Shown piece by piece: positions 1-12,866 of a stretch of DNA of 64,000 nt. The stretch lies in contig NC_058368.1 in the NCBI RefSeq assembly GCF_018350175.1, forward strand, positions 4,898,001-4,962,000. The letters run 5' to 3'. This stretch comes from Felis catus (Eukaryota). Made by a program: the position numbers and the translations under genes. Within the stretch, counting starts at the first letter, position 1; each line of letters starts with the position of its first letter. The notes under the pieces were generated by a model, which saw only the letters and a list, made by a program, of their open reading frames with translations, searched no databases and was not told the DNA's origin.

Positions 1-375
1 TCGAGAGAGAGCGAGCATCTCCCACCCCTCCCCCCAGTCCTGCGACAACCAAGACCAAAACAGCTCCAGACATTGCCAAAAGTCCCCGGGGGGAGCGGGA
101 ACGTGCAAGCCCACCCCAGATGTGCACCATCGCGTTAGACTGTGAACAATTTGAGGAGCGTTTTCGACTTCGGGTTCCTGGTGACTCCTGCAAAACTGGT
201 ACATAGTATCTGATAAACGCTCCAGCGATTCGCCTGGAGACCGTACCGGGAGCTGTGGGTAAAGCAAAGTAAAAAAGAAAATAAACATACAGAAGGCAGC
301 ACTGGGTGATGGTCAAGTGGTGACAAGGGCATATAAGCTATTCTTGAGAATAGGGCTTTTACAAAGATCTTTCTA

Positions 376-590
376 GGGGCGCCTGGGTGGCTCAGCAACC
401 GACTTCGGCTCAGGTCATGATCTCCCGGTTTGGGGGTTCGAGCCCTGCGCCGGGCTCTGTGCTGACAGCTCAGAGCCTGGAACCTGCTTCCCAATCTGTG
501 TCTCCCCCTCTCTCTGCCCCTCCCCTGCTCATGCTCTGTCTCTCAACAATAAATAAATGTTAAAAAAAAAATTAAAAAAAAATCTTTCTA
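376..590 (+). mobile_element. CAN-SINE (SINEC) with TSD
   Basis: GGGGCGCCTGGGTGGCTCAG head, CT-rich tract, A tail, ATCTTTCTA duplicated. Confidence 0.9.
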
Positions 591-1192
591 ACTGATCTGG
601 TTTATTATTATAAATAAGTAGAACTTATTAACTGAATTTATAAGCTACAATTTTTAAATTATGTTGTGTACAAGAAGTTGATTTTATATCTTATATGAAA
701 TTTTTATATTTTCTATAAAATGTGTGCATGACTGGTATTTGACTTCACTATTATTGCTCTCAGTTATTCAAATTTGAATTAAGTCAATTCTGCTTGGTCT
801 GTGATATATTCAAATATCATAATAGTCACTTCTTCAGCGATCTCAATTATTTAAAACAGAATTGAATACCAGAGTGTTATAAGAACAAGGCCTCAAGCAG
901 TCCATATAAGTAATACAAAGACCCTGAATTCATTTCTCCAGGAACAATGGATATACCCTCACTCAGAACTGAGTTACTCTTACTTTGCATATAGTTCTAA
1001 CAAGGTTGGTGAGCTATTTCTTTCTCATTAAAAACCAAGTTAAGGCAGGGAGCGCGGCAGAGAATGCCAGAAACGAACACACTAGAAGAAGCAAGAAGTA
1101 ATACTTGGTAGTCAGATAGCAAGAAACAGGTAAAAAGCAACATAAACACTCGACAGAAACAACACCAGCAGCAACAATAAAAACCAAACCTA

Positions 1193-1444
1193 GGGGCGCC
1201 TGGGTGGCTCAGTCAGTTGAGCGTCCGGCTTCGGCTCAGGTCACGATCTCACTGTCCGTGATTTCAAGCCCCGCGTCGGGCTCTGTGCTGACGACTCAGA
1301 ACCTGGAGCCTGTTTCCGATTCTGTGTCTCCCTCTCTCTCTGCCCCTCCCCCGTTCATGCTCTGTCTCTCCCTGTCTCAAAAATAAATAAAACGTTAAAA
1401 TAAATAAATAAATAAGTAAATAAATAAATAAATACCAAACCTAG
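1193..1444 (+). mobile_element. CAN-SINE with TSD
   Basis: Canonical body, (TAAA)n tail, ACCAAACCTAG duplicated. Confidence 0.9.
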
Positions 1445-1779
1445 TGTGTGATGTAGTTATTAAATGCACTTCATATCCTTTAAATATTCTAACTAACGGT
1501 CATTAATTCATTAACCAGAACAGAGAATAAAAGGCACATAGCAAATATTTGTGGAATAAATGTCCGTGACAATATGTCTCCGCCATTAGGAAAAAATGTA
1601 GTTGTGTTCATTATATTATGATTATAGGGGCATAAAAGCCAGCAAAACAATTTAAAAATATTCTCACTGCACCCAAAAAAAGGATTAGAGAAACGTTTTG
1701 TTCTTAGGGTGATAATAAACCTTATTTATATGGAAACCTCCTTTTTCTAGGACTGTTGTTAACACGAAAGATTATTGGG

Positions 1780-2560
1780 GCTTATTCTAGAAATAAGAAG
1801 TTGGTTTAACATTTGAAAATCAGTGTAATTCATTATATTAACAGAAATAAATGAGAAAAGTCATATATCCATATATGCTAAAAAAGCATTTCATAAAATT
1901 TGAGACCCAGTCATAAAAAACACTCAGGAGGGTCTCCTGGGTGGTTCAGTTGGTTAAGTATCTGACTCTTGGTTTCAACTCAGGTCATGATCTCATGGTC
2001 GTTGTGAGATTAAGCCTCTCGTCAGGGCTCCACGCTTGAAGCTGAGCTGCTTAAGATATTCTCTCTCTCTGTCTCTCTGTCTCTCTCTCTCAGAACCTAG
2101 TTGGCTCAGTCAGTTAAGCCTCCGACTTCAGCTCAAGTCACGATCTCACAGTTTGTGAGTTCAAGCCCTGCGTCAGGCTCTGTGCCGACAGCTCAGAGCC
2201 TAGAGCCTGCTTCAGCTGCTGCGTCTCCCTCTCTCTCCCCCTCCCCTGCTTGTGCTCTCTGTCTCTCTTTTTCTGAAAAATAAATAAAAAAACATTTTTT
2301 AAAAAAATTAAAAGATTCTCGCTCCCTCTCTATCCCTCTGTCCTCCTCTCCCTCTTCCTCTGCCCCTCCCCCATTGGTGTGTGCGCACGCTCTCTCTCTC
2401 TCTCTCCCTCCCCCCTCGCCCCCAAAACACTCAGGAAACTAGAAATAAAATATATTTAACAAAAAACCTAGGATATCACACTTAATGATGAAATATTAAA
2501 TGCTTTCCTTATCAATTAAACAAGAAAAAGATATCCATTTTTATTCACATTGGTACCCCA
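1780..2560 (+). mobile_element. Degenerate L1 ORF2 fragment split by nested SINEs
   Basis: A-rich L1-like sequence (GGTTTAACATTTGAAAATCA; AAAAGCATTT) on both sides of the SINEs at 1928-2425. Confidence 0.55.
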
Positions 2561-4479
2561 CATTGGGTGTAGAGATTACTTGAAAATAAAATACTAAAAC
2601 AAAAAAAAATGCCCAATACTAATAAGTCACTTTTCTTAATAAAAATCAGGAAATTGGCCTCAAAAGAATTCCACCTCCTGTTCCACCTGTTAGGATTATA
2701 GGAACATTCATTTCGGGGAGGATAGACCAAATATATTTCGTGGAATCTCAGGATACTTAAGGATCTAGAAAGAGTGACATTTGAACTACACCCAGGGAAT
2801 TGTAAACATTTTTAAATGCTTCAAGGTATTTTTATATCTCTTTCTAAACAATATTCTAAAAACATAAGCTTTTCTTTAAAGATTTTATTTTTAAGTAATT
2901 CCACACACAAAGTGGGGCTCAAACTCACAACCCTGAGATCAAGAGTCACATGCTCCACTGGCTGAGCCAGCCGGGTGCCCCAAAAGATAAGCTTTTAAAG
3001 CAGAATATCATATATAATCTATCCACGACCAAAGAGTTCTACAGCCAGGCTAGAGGTCACAGTCACTTAAATTGCATTTGATATATTTAGAACTAGCTAT
3101 AAAATTATTTGTTCAATAAGCATGCTGAACACTTACCATGTTCAAGGAACAACAACAGACACTGTGAGCGTAAGAGGTTTTGTAAGCCTTTGTCTTCTAC
3201 TCCAATGTCTTATAATCTATTTGGGGTGATGGAACACACAGGTAGACAGTGATAACAGTAATGAAAATAATAACTAGCTGGCATTTATCTAGCACTTCTT
3301 ATATGAGGGACATTTTCTATGTTATTTCACTTAACCTAGTCCCCAGACAACTCTAAGAGGTGGGTGCTCTTGTTTAACAGACGTAGAAACAAAACTCAAG
3401 GAGACCCCACTGCACCCCTAAAGTCACTCTGCCAGAGAAACCAGGACGGGAGGTGTTCTGTGTATTGCAAAAGCCCGACCTTTCAACCAGCAAGTAGGCC
3501 GTGGTGAAAAAAGAGCCAGGAGTCTGGCATCAGTTGGAAATGATTGGATTTTAGGGGAAAACGTGATCAGGTGGCCCAATAAAGAAAGGCTTTGGGTTGG
3601 AAACCCAGCAATGTTGAACGTATTCTCAGCAGGCAGAAATAAGTACACGGAGAAAGAATATCAACAATGCATGAAGGCAGAAAATTCCAAGGCTGGTTCA
3701 GGAGATAGAGTATCAGCAAATCACGGATTCATGCTTAGAGGGTGGGACGGGGTCAGGTTAGGGGGTAGCAGAAGTTAAAGCACGAGTTTGGAAATGATCA
3801 CGTAGGTGCTAATGAATTGAAGCTTTTCCGTGGGTATATATGAAGCAAGACTCCTTTACAGTCATAATCCAATATGCAAAATGGATTAAAGATGGGGAGA
3901 AACTGGTTAGCTGCTGGTCCTTAGTCCTAGCTGCATATTAGAAACACCTAAGCAGTTTTTTTTTTTTTTCTTTTTTAATGCCAATACTGGGGCCTCAGCC
4001 AGGTCCAGAATCTCTGAGGTTGGGACCAGACATAGAATGTTTTTAAAGCTCTTCTAGGTGATTCCAATGTGGTATCAGAGCTGAGAATCACTGAGATTAT
4101 TGCAGTCATGCAGTGTATGTTTTTGAGCTAGGGTGATAGCAGGAGAAATGATCGAATGCCACAGACATGATGGAGGCAGAGGAGGAAATAATATTTGGGG
4201 AGAAATTATTTTTTAATTCAACTTATTTAAACTAAAACAAAAACAGGGGCGCCTGGGTGGCTCAGTCGGTTGAGCATCTGACTTCGGCTCAGGTCATGAT
4301 CTCACGGTTTGTGGGTTCGAATCCCACATTGGGCTCTGTGCTGACAGCTCGGAGCCTGGAGCCTGCTTCGGATTCTGCGTCTCCCTCTCTCTCTGCCCCT
4401 CCCCTGCTTGCGGTCTGTCTCTCTCTCAAAAATAAATAAGCAGTAAGAAAACTTTTAAAAAATAAAAGCAAAAACAAAA

Positions 4480-6620
4480 ACAGTTCACCCATTTCTCTCA
4501 CCCTCAGTCCCCTGCCTCTGGTAACAACTAATCTGTTCTCTGTATCTATGGGTTTGGTTTGATTGATTGACTGACTGATTGATTGATTATTCCACATATA
4601 AGAGAGATCATACGGCATTTGTTTTTTTCTTCCTGACTTATTTCACTTAACATAATGTCCTCAGGTCCATTCATGTTGCCTGTCGTGAATAGCAGTATTT
4701 CCTTCTTTTTTATGGCTGAGTAATTTTCCACTGTATATATGCACCACATTTTCTTTATGTATTCATCTATTGTTGGACCCTTAGGTTGTTTGCATATCTT
4801 GTCTATCGTAAATAATGCTGTAGTGAACCTGAGGGTGCAGATATCTTTTCGAGTTAGTGTTTTGTTGTATCCGGATTAACTCCCAGAAGTGGAATTGCTG
4901 GATCGTATGGTAGTTCTAGTTTTAATCTTTTGAAGAACCTCCATACTCTTTTCCATAGTGGCTGTACCAGTCTCCATCCCCACCAACAGTGCCCAAGGGC
5001 TCCCTTTTCTCCACAGCCTTGCCAACCCTTGTTATGTTTTGCTTTTTTGACAATAACCATTCTAACAGTTATGATGGGATCTCATTATGGTTTTGATTTG
5101 CAGTTTCCTGATAATTAGTGATGTTGAGCATCTCCCTATGTACCTGTCGGCCACACGTATGTCTTCTTTGGAAGGATATCTATTTTTTCCCATTCCTTAG
5201 GTTGCCTTTTCATTTTGTTGATGGCTTCCTTGGCTATGCACTTCATTATGATTTTGATTACATTTCCTTCATCATCGGTGATGTTGAACATCTTTTCATG
5301 TGCTTATTGGCCATTTGCACACCTTCTTTGGAAAAATGTCTATTCAAATCTTCATTTTGACTTGTGTCTTTTATGTAACAAGTCCCTTTTAAGATACGAT
5401 TTGTGTATATTTTCTCCCATTCTATGGGTTACCTTTTTCCCCCTTCTTTTTTGGTGGCATCCTTTGAAGTACAAAAGTTTTTTCTTTTGATGAAGTTCAA
5501 TTTTTCTATTTTTTTTGTTTTTGTTTTTGTTTTTGTTGCTTGTGCTCCTGGTGTCATGGCTAAGAAACCATGACCTAATTCAAGTTAATGAAGCTTACTC
5601 TGGAGTTTTCTTTCTTACATTTAGGACGATGATACATTTTGAGTTAAGTTTGCATGTGGAGTGAGTAGAAGTCAAACTATTTTATTTTAATGCAAATATT
5701 CAGTTGTCCTGACACCATTTGTTGAAAAGACTGTTCTTTCCCTGTTAAATGGTCTTGGCACTATTTTCAAGAATTAATTGACCGTAAATGGAAGGGTGTA
5801 TCTCTGGGCTCTGAATTTAATTCCATTAACCTCTATGTCTATCTTATGTCAGTCTCATACTATCTTGATACTGGAACTTTAAAGTAAGTTTTGAAATTGG
5901 GAGGTGTGAGTTCTCCAACTTTATTCTTTTTCAAGATCGTTTTGGCTATTCTGAGTTCCTTGCATTTCCATATGAATGTTAGCACCAGTGTGTTAATTTC
6001 TGGCCACAAAAAAAAAAAAAAAAAAAGGTAGCTGGGATTTTGATAAAACTGTTAAATGTTAAATCTATGGATCCATTTGTGGTATATTGCCATTTTGACA
6101 ATACGAAGCCATTTGATCTATTAACATGGGATGTCTTCCCTCTTACTTAGTCTTCTTCAAATTTTTTCGACAATGTATCATCATTTTTTTTAGGGCACAA
6201 GTCTCACACTATTTTGTAAAGTGATCTTATATATTTTATTCTTGTCTTATGCGACTGTAATGGAATTGGGCTTTATTAATGTTTATATTTTTATTTTGAG
6301 AGAGAGAGAGAGAGAGAGCACGCGCGCACAAGCAGGGAAGGGGCAGGGGAAATCCCAAGCAGGCTCTGCACTGTCAGCACAAAGCCTGACATGGGGCTCG
6401 ATCTCATGAACTGTGAGATCACGACCTGAGCTGAAATCAAGAGTCAGATGCTTGAGCCACCCAGATGCCCCTGAAATTGTTTTCTTAATTTTATTTGCAG
6501 ATTTTTAACTGCTAGTAAACTGAAATACAACTGATTTTTGTGTATTCATTTTGCAACCCATACAGGTATATACACTTGTTGAGTCATTGAATCTTACGTG
6601 TAAGATACAATGCATTTTCC
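4480..6620 (-). mobile_element. Degenerate LINE-1 fragments (ORF2 C-terminus and 3' UTR), interrupted by a SINE
   Basis: Translations CWWGWRLVQPLWKRVWRFFKRLKLELPYDPAIPLLG and WCIYTVENYSAIKKKEIL. Confidence 0.85.
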
Positions 6621-9600
6621 TGCATAAAGCTTACCTCAGTAAAAAAATTTTAAGGTTTTAAAGAAAATAAACAGGACTGGTTATTTTTAGCATGAGATTG
6701 TTCTACTAACTGGAAATACTGAAGGTTTATATAATTGGACTGATTAAGGAGGGCTCATCCAATGGAGAGAAGGAGGTTGTGGTATTCTATAGAGCACAGC
6801 TAATGGCTGTTAATGGAAAAATAAAGTCATTCCATATTGATACTTCAGAGAGTTAAGACAACTCCGTAAATCAGTAACTATGGTGATAGAAGAAAGCGTA
6901 GGCTGTGACTCGCATTACCCTGGTACGTTCCTTGTCAGAGCAATCTCGCAAACAAAAAAGGCTTTTGTTTTCTCTGGTCATAATTGATGAGCACCCAAGT
7001 CCCAGAATCTCCGGGCCCCATGTTCTCTCCTGTCTTTTTGCATCTTGAGGCACCTTGAGAATGAATAGAACATCTCCACTGTCTCTTTAACCACATCATG
7101 AACACTGAGACTCAGCTGTATGGTAATCACCGAGAGAAGTTTCAGCCATCAATCAAGAAATAAGGCTCTTTTGGTGCAGATCTTGTGAAAATATAACACC
7201 TATTAGCAAGTGTGCTTAACTACTGGGGCCGGCAGATCCGTCTTGTGTAGTAGTAAATTTTATTTCTTCTCGAGAGTTCGTGCCCTGAGAAACCCTAGCG
7301 AACGCTTGGTACCTATGCCATGTTGCCCATGTTTCTAGAGTTTACAAGGAAAACTTCAAGACCAAAACCTCCTGGAGACATTGATCTTATATTTGAAATT
7401 AGAGGAATGAGGACCACAGGGGGTAAAATAGGCCTCAGGGGCCACATGTGTTTTGAATATTTCATTGTAGATATTTCAGGATAATTCATCTTCAAGGTTC
7501 TTAGGCCTCATCAGACTTAGGTCTTACACCAAGGTCTAAGAAAATACTGTGTGAAACTAGCCAACGTTCATTGAAGACTATCTGTTTCTCTTCAGTCTTC
7601 TAATGTGAGCTGCTGTCATGTAAATAATCTAGATATTCCTGAGATGATTACAAATAATCACCCTTCAAGTACACTCTATAAAAAATGGTATTAACATTTG
7701 TTGAGTGACTGTGTTCCATGCATTGTTCTGGTGCTTTTAAACCTGGTCCCAAGTTTAATGAAATTTGACAATAATGCAAACAAATTTAGTTTACCCGCCA
7801 GACTTATTCAATAAATTTGTGTTCATTAAGAAGACAAGTGAAACATCACTGATATATACATATTCCAATATTTTCTTTCTTAACATTGTTTTCAGCCTCC
7901 CTCACACTACCACGAAGACATCAAAACCCTACTATCGCAGTTCTGTCCTTCTGATTTTCCCACTGAAGGACAAGAGAAGAAAATTCCGTATCTGTCATCT
8001 AAAATCTATTAGTAACTACTTTGGCTAAGCCTCGAAACTAAGATGCCGCGGATCGATTACACAGGAATGAGCTGACATTTGCTTCCTGCCAGGAGGCAAT
8101 CCAGACAGATACAGAGAATTGGTTTTCTGAATGTAGTTACAGAGAGCACAATATTTACCTTTGTAAGGATCTGAGACTTAGGGAGCTAGTACGAAAAGCT
8201 GTATGTTGAAAATAAGGACTTAGGTTTTGGGGAATCACGGAAGGCCCACTATGTTTCTTCCATACTATCCTTTTGGCCAGCTTATTTGAATATGCCGAAA
8301 CAAAAAGAACGTTCTCTCTTACTTCTGGCCGAGTTGCACAGAAGGAAGGGGAGGAGCTAAATCCTCAACCCTCTCCCAGAACCTCCAGAAGAGGAAATAT
8401 TGAAATGTGAAAGCTGAAAGAGCCCTTAGAAGCCACACCAGCCACAGCCCTTATTTTATAGACAAAGAAATGGAGGCAAAGGTTGAATGCGACTTTTTTT
8501 AAAGCTTTTAGACCCTTTATCGTCCCTTCTGCCTGTGTGCCACTTACAGAATACATCGAGAAGTTTCGCTGGTGGGACTGGGATTCAGGTCCTCTGCGAT
8601 AGAGTTGAAACAATTGTAAAAATGATTTTTCTTAGATGTATGATAACAAAATATCACAGAGTGCACACAGGACTGTGGACAGCAAGAGTCAGCATATTCC
8701 GTTTTCAGAGAACGACTATCTGTCTCCACCATGGCCCTCTAAGGAATTTCAGGTACATTCAGATGAACTGTCTTTCATCCCAAAGGCAATTTCCACCACT
8801 CGGGGCAATCTACTAAGGTAAGGTGCCCTGTGCCTCACGGTTAGCTCTGGGATTTGCCAGCTACAAACAGCTAGCCATAGGCTGGCTTGCTTTTAAGAAT
8901 AACACTTGGCTTGGGGCACTTGGGTGGCTCAGTCAGTTAAGCGTCCAACTCTTGGTTTTGGCTCAGGTAATGATCTCACGGTTCGTGGGTTCAAGCCCTG
9001 TGGCAGTCTCTGTGCTGAGGGTGTGGAGTCTGCTTGGGATTCTATCTGCCTCCTTCTCTGTCTCTCTCTGCCCCTCTCCCCCCTCAAATAAATAAACTTA
9101 AAAAAAATACCGCTTGGCCCAAGGACAGACCTCTAAGGCAACATCCATCTACAGTCTTAGTATAAAATGAAATTACACTTTGAAGAACTTTTCCTACGAC
9201 GTGAATTGTGATCTATTTCTATATACCAGAGATTCATGGCAGATATATAACTCTTAAATAAGAAAAATATGCTAAGCTATAAATATATACGCTTACAAAG
9301 TACATGCATATACAGACACTTATTTTGGAAGCTCTGCATTTCTTTTGGAATAATAATTAGGTTTATACTTCAGCCTGCTTATTTTAACAAAAAGAGCATA
9401 TGCCTTTCTAGGAATATACTTAACTCTTAACCTGTCACTAAAGCAACTAAGTTCAATCTTCTGTTGTCCAGAAAAAAGACCAGTTTACTTTCTGAGACAC
9501 CCAAAATACTGCACGTCCCTTTTACCAAAAGTCTGTATTACATAGGAGAATTCCAAAATTTCAGTTTTTCAGATCTTATAGCAAAAGCAAGTGTCCAAGC

Positions 9601-9902
9601 AAAAGATAGTGCTCCTGGTTGAAGCAATGAATTTCAACAGTATTCACCACGTTTATTTTCTGCAAATTGGGACACAAACACACAGCCCTCGGATTAGAGG
9701 TTGCAGGGAAAGTGGACTTTATCTCTCTTATTTTACGAGTGAATAAGATTGAATGAATGACTCATCCTGTTATGACTGTAGCACATTTAGTGAATATTTT
9801 CACTGGTAATGAGTCATAACACAGGTTCCAACACGAGGAGTGTGGCTGCTCACGCACGATGTGCATGTTCTGGAGTCTGAGACTCTGTGGCGCTACTGTC
9901 TT

Positions 9903-9922
9903 AGTGCTGCCATCTACTGGAG
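9903..9922 (-). promoter_or_regulatory. Candidate CTCF site
   Basis: CCAGTAGATGGCAGCA fits the CTCF core CCASYAGRKGGCRS. Confidence 0.5.
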
Positions 9923-10889
9923 ACTCCTGTCTCTGCAATGTTGACCAGATGGTTTTAAAACTCAGATGGCCTCCGAATAATTAACCTCACTTCTCGAAAA
10001 AGCCGGTGTTGCTACTTTGGTTGTTCCCGGTGTGTTTGCAGCGGAGAAAGCCTGGCTTTCCGATATATGAAAGGAAAATCACGAGGAATCAATCGTGGAG
10101 TGTTAGGCATCATTCCTGCTGTCTTGCACAATAGCTAATGGAAAGAGCCTCTCCTGATGTAAACACGCTATCCTGGCTTCTCCTTCCCTTCGGCCGTTTT
10201 ACTCTGAAACAGGATCAGAGTCCATGAAATCCTGCCTCAGCCCTCCCACCTGCCTCTGCTTCTCTCTCTGCGTCTAGCCTCTGAAGCCACCACTGTCCCC
10301 TTTCCTCGACTCCCGGATGCTGCCTGCCAGCCTGGCCCCAGTGAGTGGGCAGGTGCAGGTTCGGAGAGCGGCTCTCGGGATGTCAGCTTGCCTGATGAGG
10401 TTCTGTGGTCAAGGTCATGGGCACGCTCACCATCGGTGGTACTTCCCTCCCCCCTCCGTACAGGTTCCAGGCCATTTCAGGGGAGCTCACTGGGGAGGGC
10501 ACACTGTGGTCTGCTCCAGTGGCCGGCTCTGACCGCGTCCTCCCGTTCGGCCTGTCGTAACTCAGTGGCAACGTGGGAGACGTCCTCAGAGGCCCCGCTC
10601 GCAGTCACCAGCTCACCTTGTAAAGCCTCAGCTGTCACCAACCGCGGATCCTCCACCAAATGTAAATACTGGGTAAACATCCCATCATAGGAGGCTGCTC
10701 AAGAAAGGACTTGCCGTGGAAATAAGGAGAGGAAGTGCTTGTCGGTCAATCCAGGCACCGTCCTCAAGGTTCAGAAACTCAGTGACCTGCGTTCCAAGGA
10801 GAGACGTGTGTGGGATTGGTGGTTTATTTTTTATCCTCACTGCACCTCCTCATACAGCCTCATCTCACCCTTTCTCTATCCCTCAACTA

Positions 10890-11060
10890 CAGAAACACAC
10901 ACACAAATGCAAACACAAACACACAAATGCACATGCCAACACACACAGACACAGAAACACACGCAAATATACATATACATAACACATACAAACACACCAA
11001 ATGCGCACATACAAACACACAAATGCACACACGCACGCGCACGCACACACACACAGACAC
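10890..11060. repeat. Degenerate (CA)n low-complexity tract
   Basis: Visible directly. Confidence 0.9.
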
Positions 11061-12186
11061 TCCTCTCTCTCCTCTGCCTTGAAGCCAAATGCAGGAGTCC
11101 TTGAATGACACACAAAAGAAGTTTTTAACGGGGAACTGCAATCTTTGAAGAAGGGAGAAACCTAATAATACAAATTATTTGTGGAAGTTTAATAAGCTGG
11201 ATCAGCCAGAACGGAGACTGGACCAAGTAAATGTCTGCATCTTCCTTCTAGCCAGCATTCAGTTAACTGTGCCAGCTACTCAACTGGGTGCTGGGGATGA
11301 TTCAGACATTGCTCCCGCCTCTCCAGCGACTCACGTGTCACGAAGGCTTGCAGACTCTGGATTCTTTCTCACATCCTTTCTCCCAGCAAACATTGACTGG
11401 CTCACGCTGTTAATTGCCAAATGTGAACTAATTCTGAATGCACGAGCCTGAATTCTCCAGGCGATTTTGTTTCTAGAAAGGAAAATACAGATGCGAAAAG
11501 ACAAAGGAAAGAAGGCTTTACAGTGCACAAACACGAAACAGAGAAAGGATGGAATAAAAATGATCTATACTCACAAACCCAGATGACGAGGAGATGGGCA
11601 GGGGGCCCGTAATGGAAATAGAGAAGTCAGCAGGGCTAGTGTGAGGGGCAAGGTGACATGTGCACTTTGAGACGGAATGATGTGAAGTGACAGGGAGACA
11701 TGAGTGTCATTGATTGGCAGACCTTCAGATGCGAGGGGCGGGGCTTGGGTCAAGAGTGGATGGTCAGACTAGAGATGGTATTTGGGAACAATCTGTAGGA
11801 AGGGGAATTAAATTGGCGGGGCGTGAGATAAAAGAGGCACCATGATTTAATTAAGTAGAAAAGGTCATTTCCTCCAAACACCGTTGGTCCTCATCGAATA
11901 AGCCATGGGAAGGCTGTCCTGAGGCAAAACTCTGGGCCAAATCCTTCCTTCTGAGCAACGAAGGGGGAGAAGAGGGGCACGGTGTGAAAAGGCAGGGAGT
12001 GGGAGTTCTGGCCTTAACTGGGGTGTCACTACAGCTTCACACAGCTCGGGAGGGGCATGCTCTCCTGAGTGCCTCCATAGCCTGACGCGGTTTTGCTGCC
12101 TTGTGTTGGGGCGGCCCCCACGGAGCCTCAGTCCCGGGTCCTGAGGTGTTCAAGGCTCCGAAATCACTGAAAACACAGCATCAATG

Positions 12187-12866
12187 TGATGAGGGAGCGT
12201 AAAGCAAGCTGAGGGCAAAGCACAGCTCGCCACCCCTCACTCCCACCCGAGTGGGATGTAGGTGACATTCCTCGGCACTCCCGGCTGCCCAAGGGCAAAG
12301 GAAAGGGCAAAATCAACGGTTAACTGACAGAGATTCCAGACATGCGGGACGCGGGTCTCCATCAGTTAACAAATGTCTCAGTAAAACTACAAGAAAAAGG
12401 CAATCTTATCAATAGCCTAATCTTCAGAAACCTAGAGACTCACTTTCCTGGAGCCCCAACATCACCCTCTCCTCCGGAGTGCTGTAGGGAACAAGGACAA
12501 GAAGGAAATGGCGGGTAAAATTAAATTTCTTTATAACCTACAGCCCATCGACAAATACTTGAGGCAAAAAGAGTCTAACATTTCTCCAGGAACCCCCTAC
12601 CGCCTTAATAGTAATGCCTGACTGGTGGGAAAACAACCTTAGCCTGACAATAGCAAGGATCCTTTAGCATATGGAAGTCCTTCTGCCTCAACCTCCCCTA
12701 ACTGCACAGTGTATAACCGGTCACTCTTCACAACCCCGGTGCAGCTCTTTCTGCCCACGGGTCCTGCCTCCACGCTTTAATAAAATCGCCTTATTGCACC
12801 AAAGACGTCTCAAGCATTCTTTCTTGGCTGTCGGCTCTGGACCCCCACTGCTCCAAAACTCCATCA
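12187..12866 (+). mobile_element. Solo LTR (ERV1-type)
   Basis: TGATGA...CCATCA ends, AATG duplicated on both flanks, TATA-like GTATAA and AATAAA near 12779. Confidence 0.8.

Noticed and set aside
1..300. Promoter edge of a neighbouring gene
   Set aside because: Mild CpG enrichment only; too little sequence in the window to support a call.
10716..11141. His/Thr- and Cys/Val-rich ORFs
   Set aside because: Artefacts of the CA/TG repeat.
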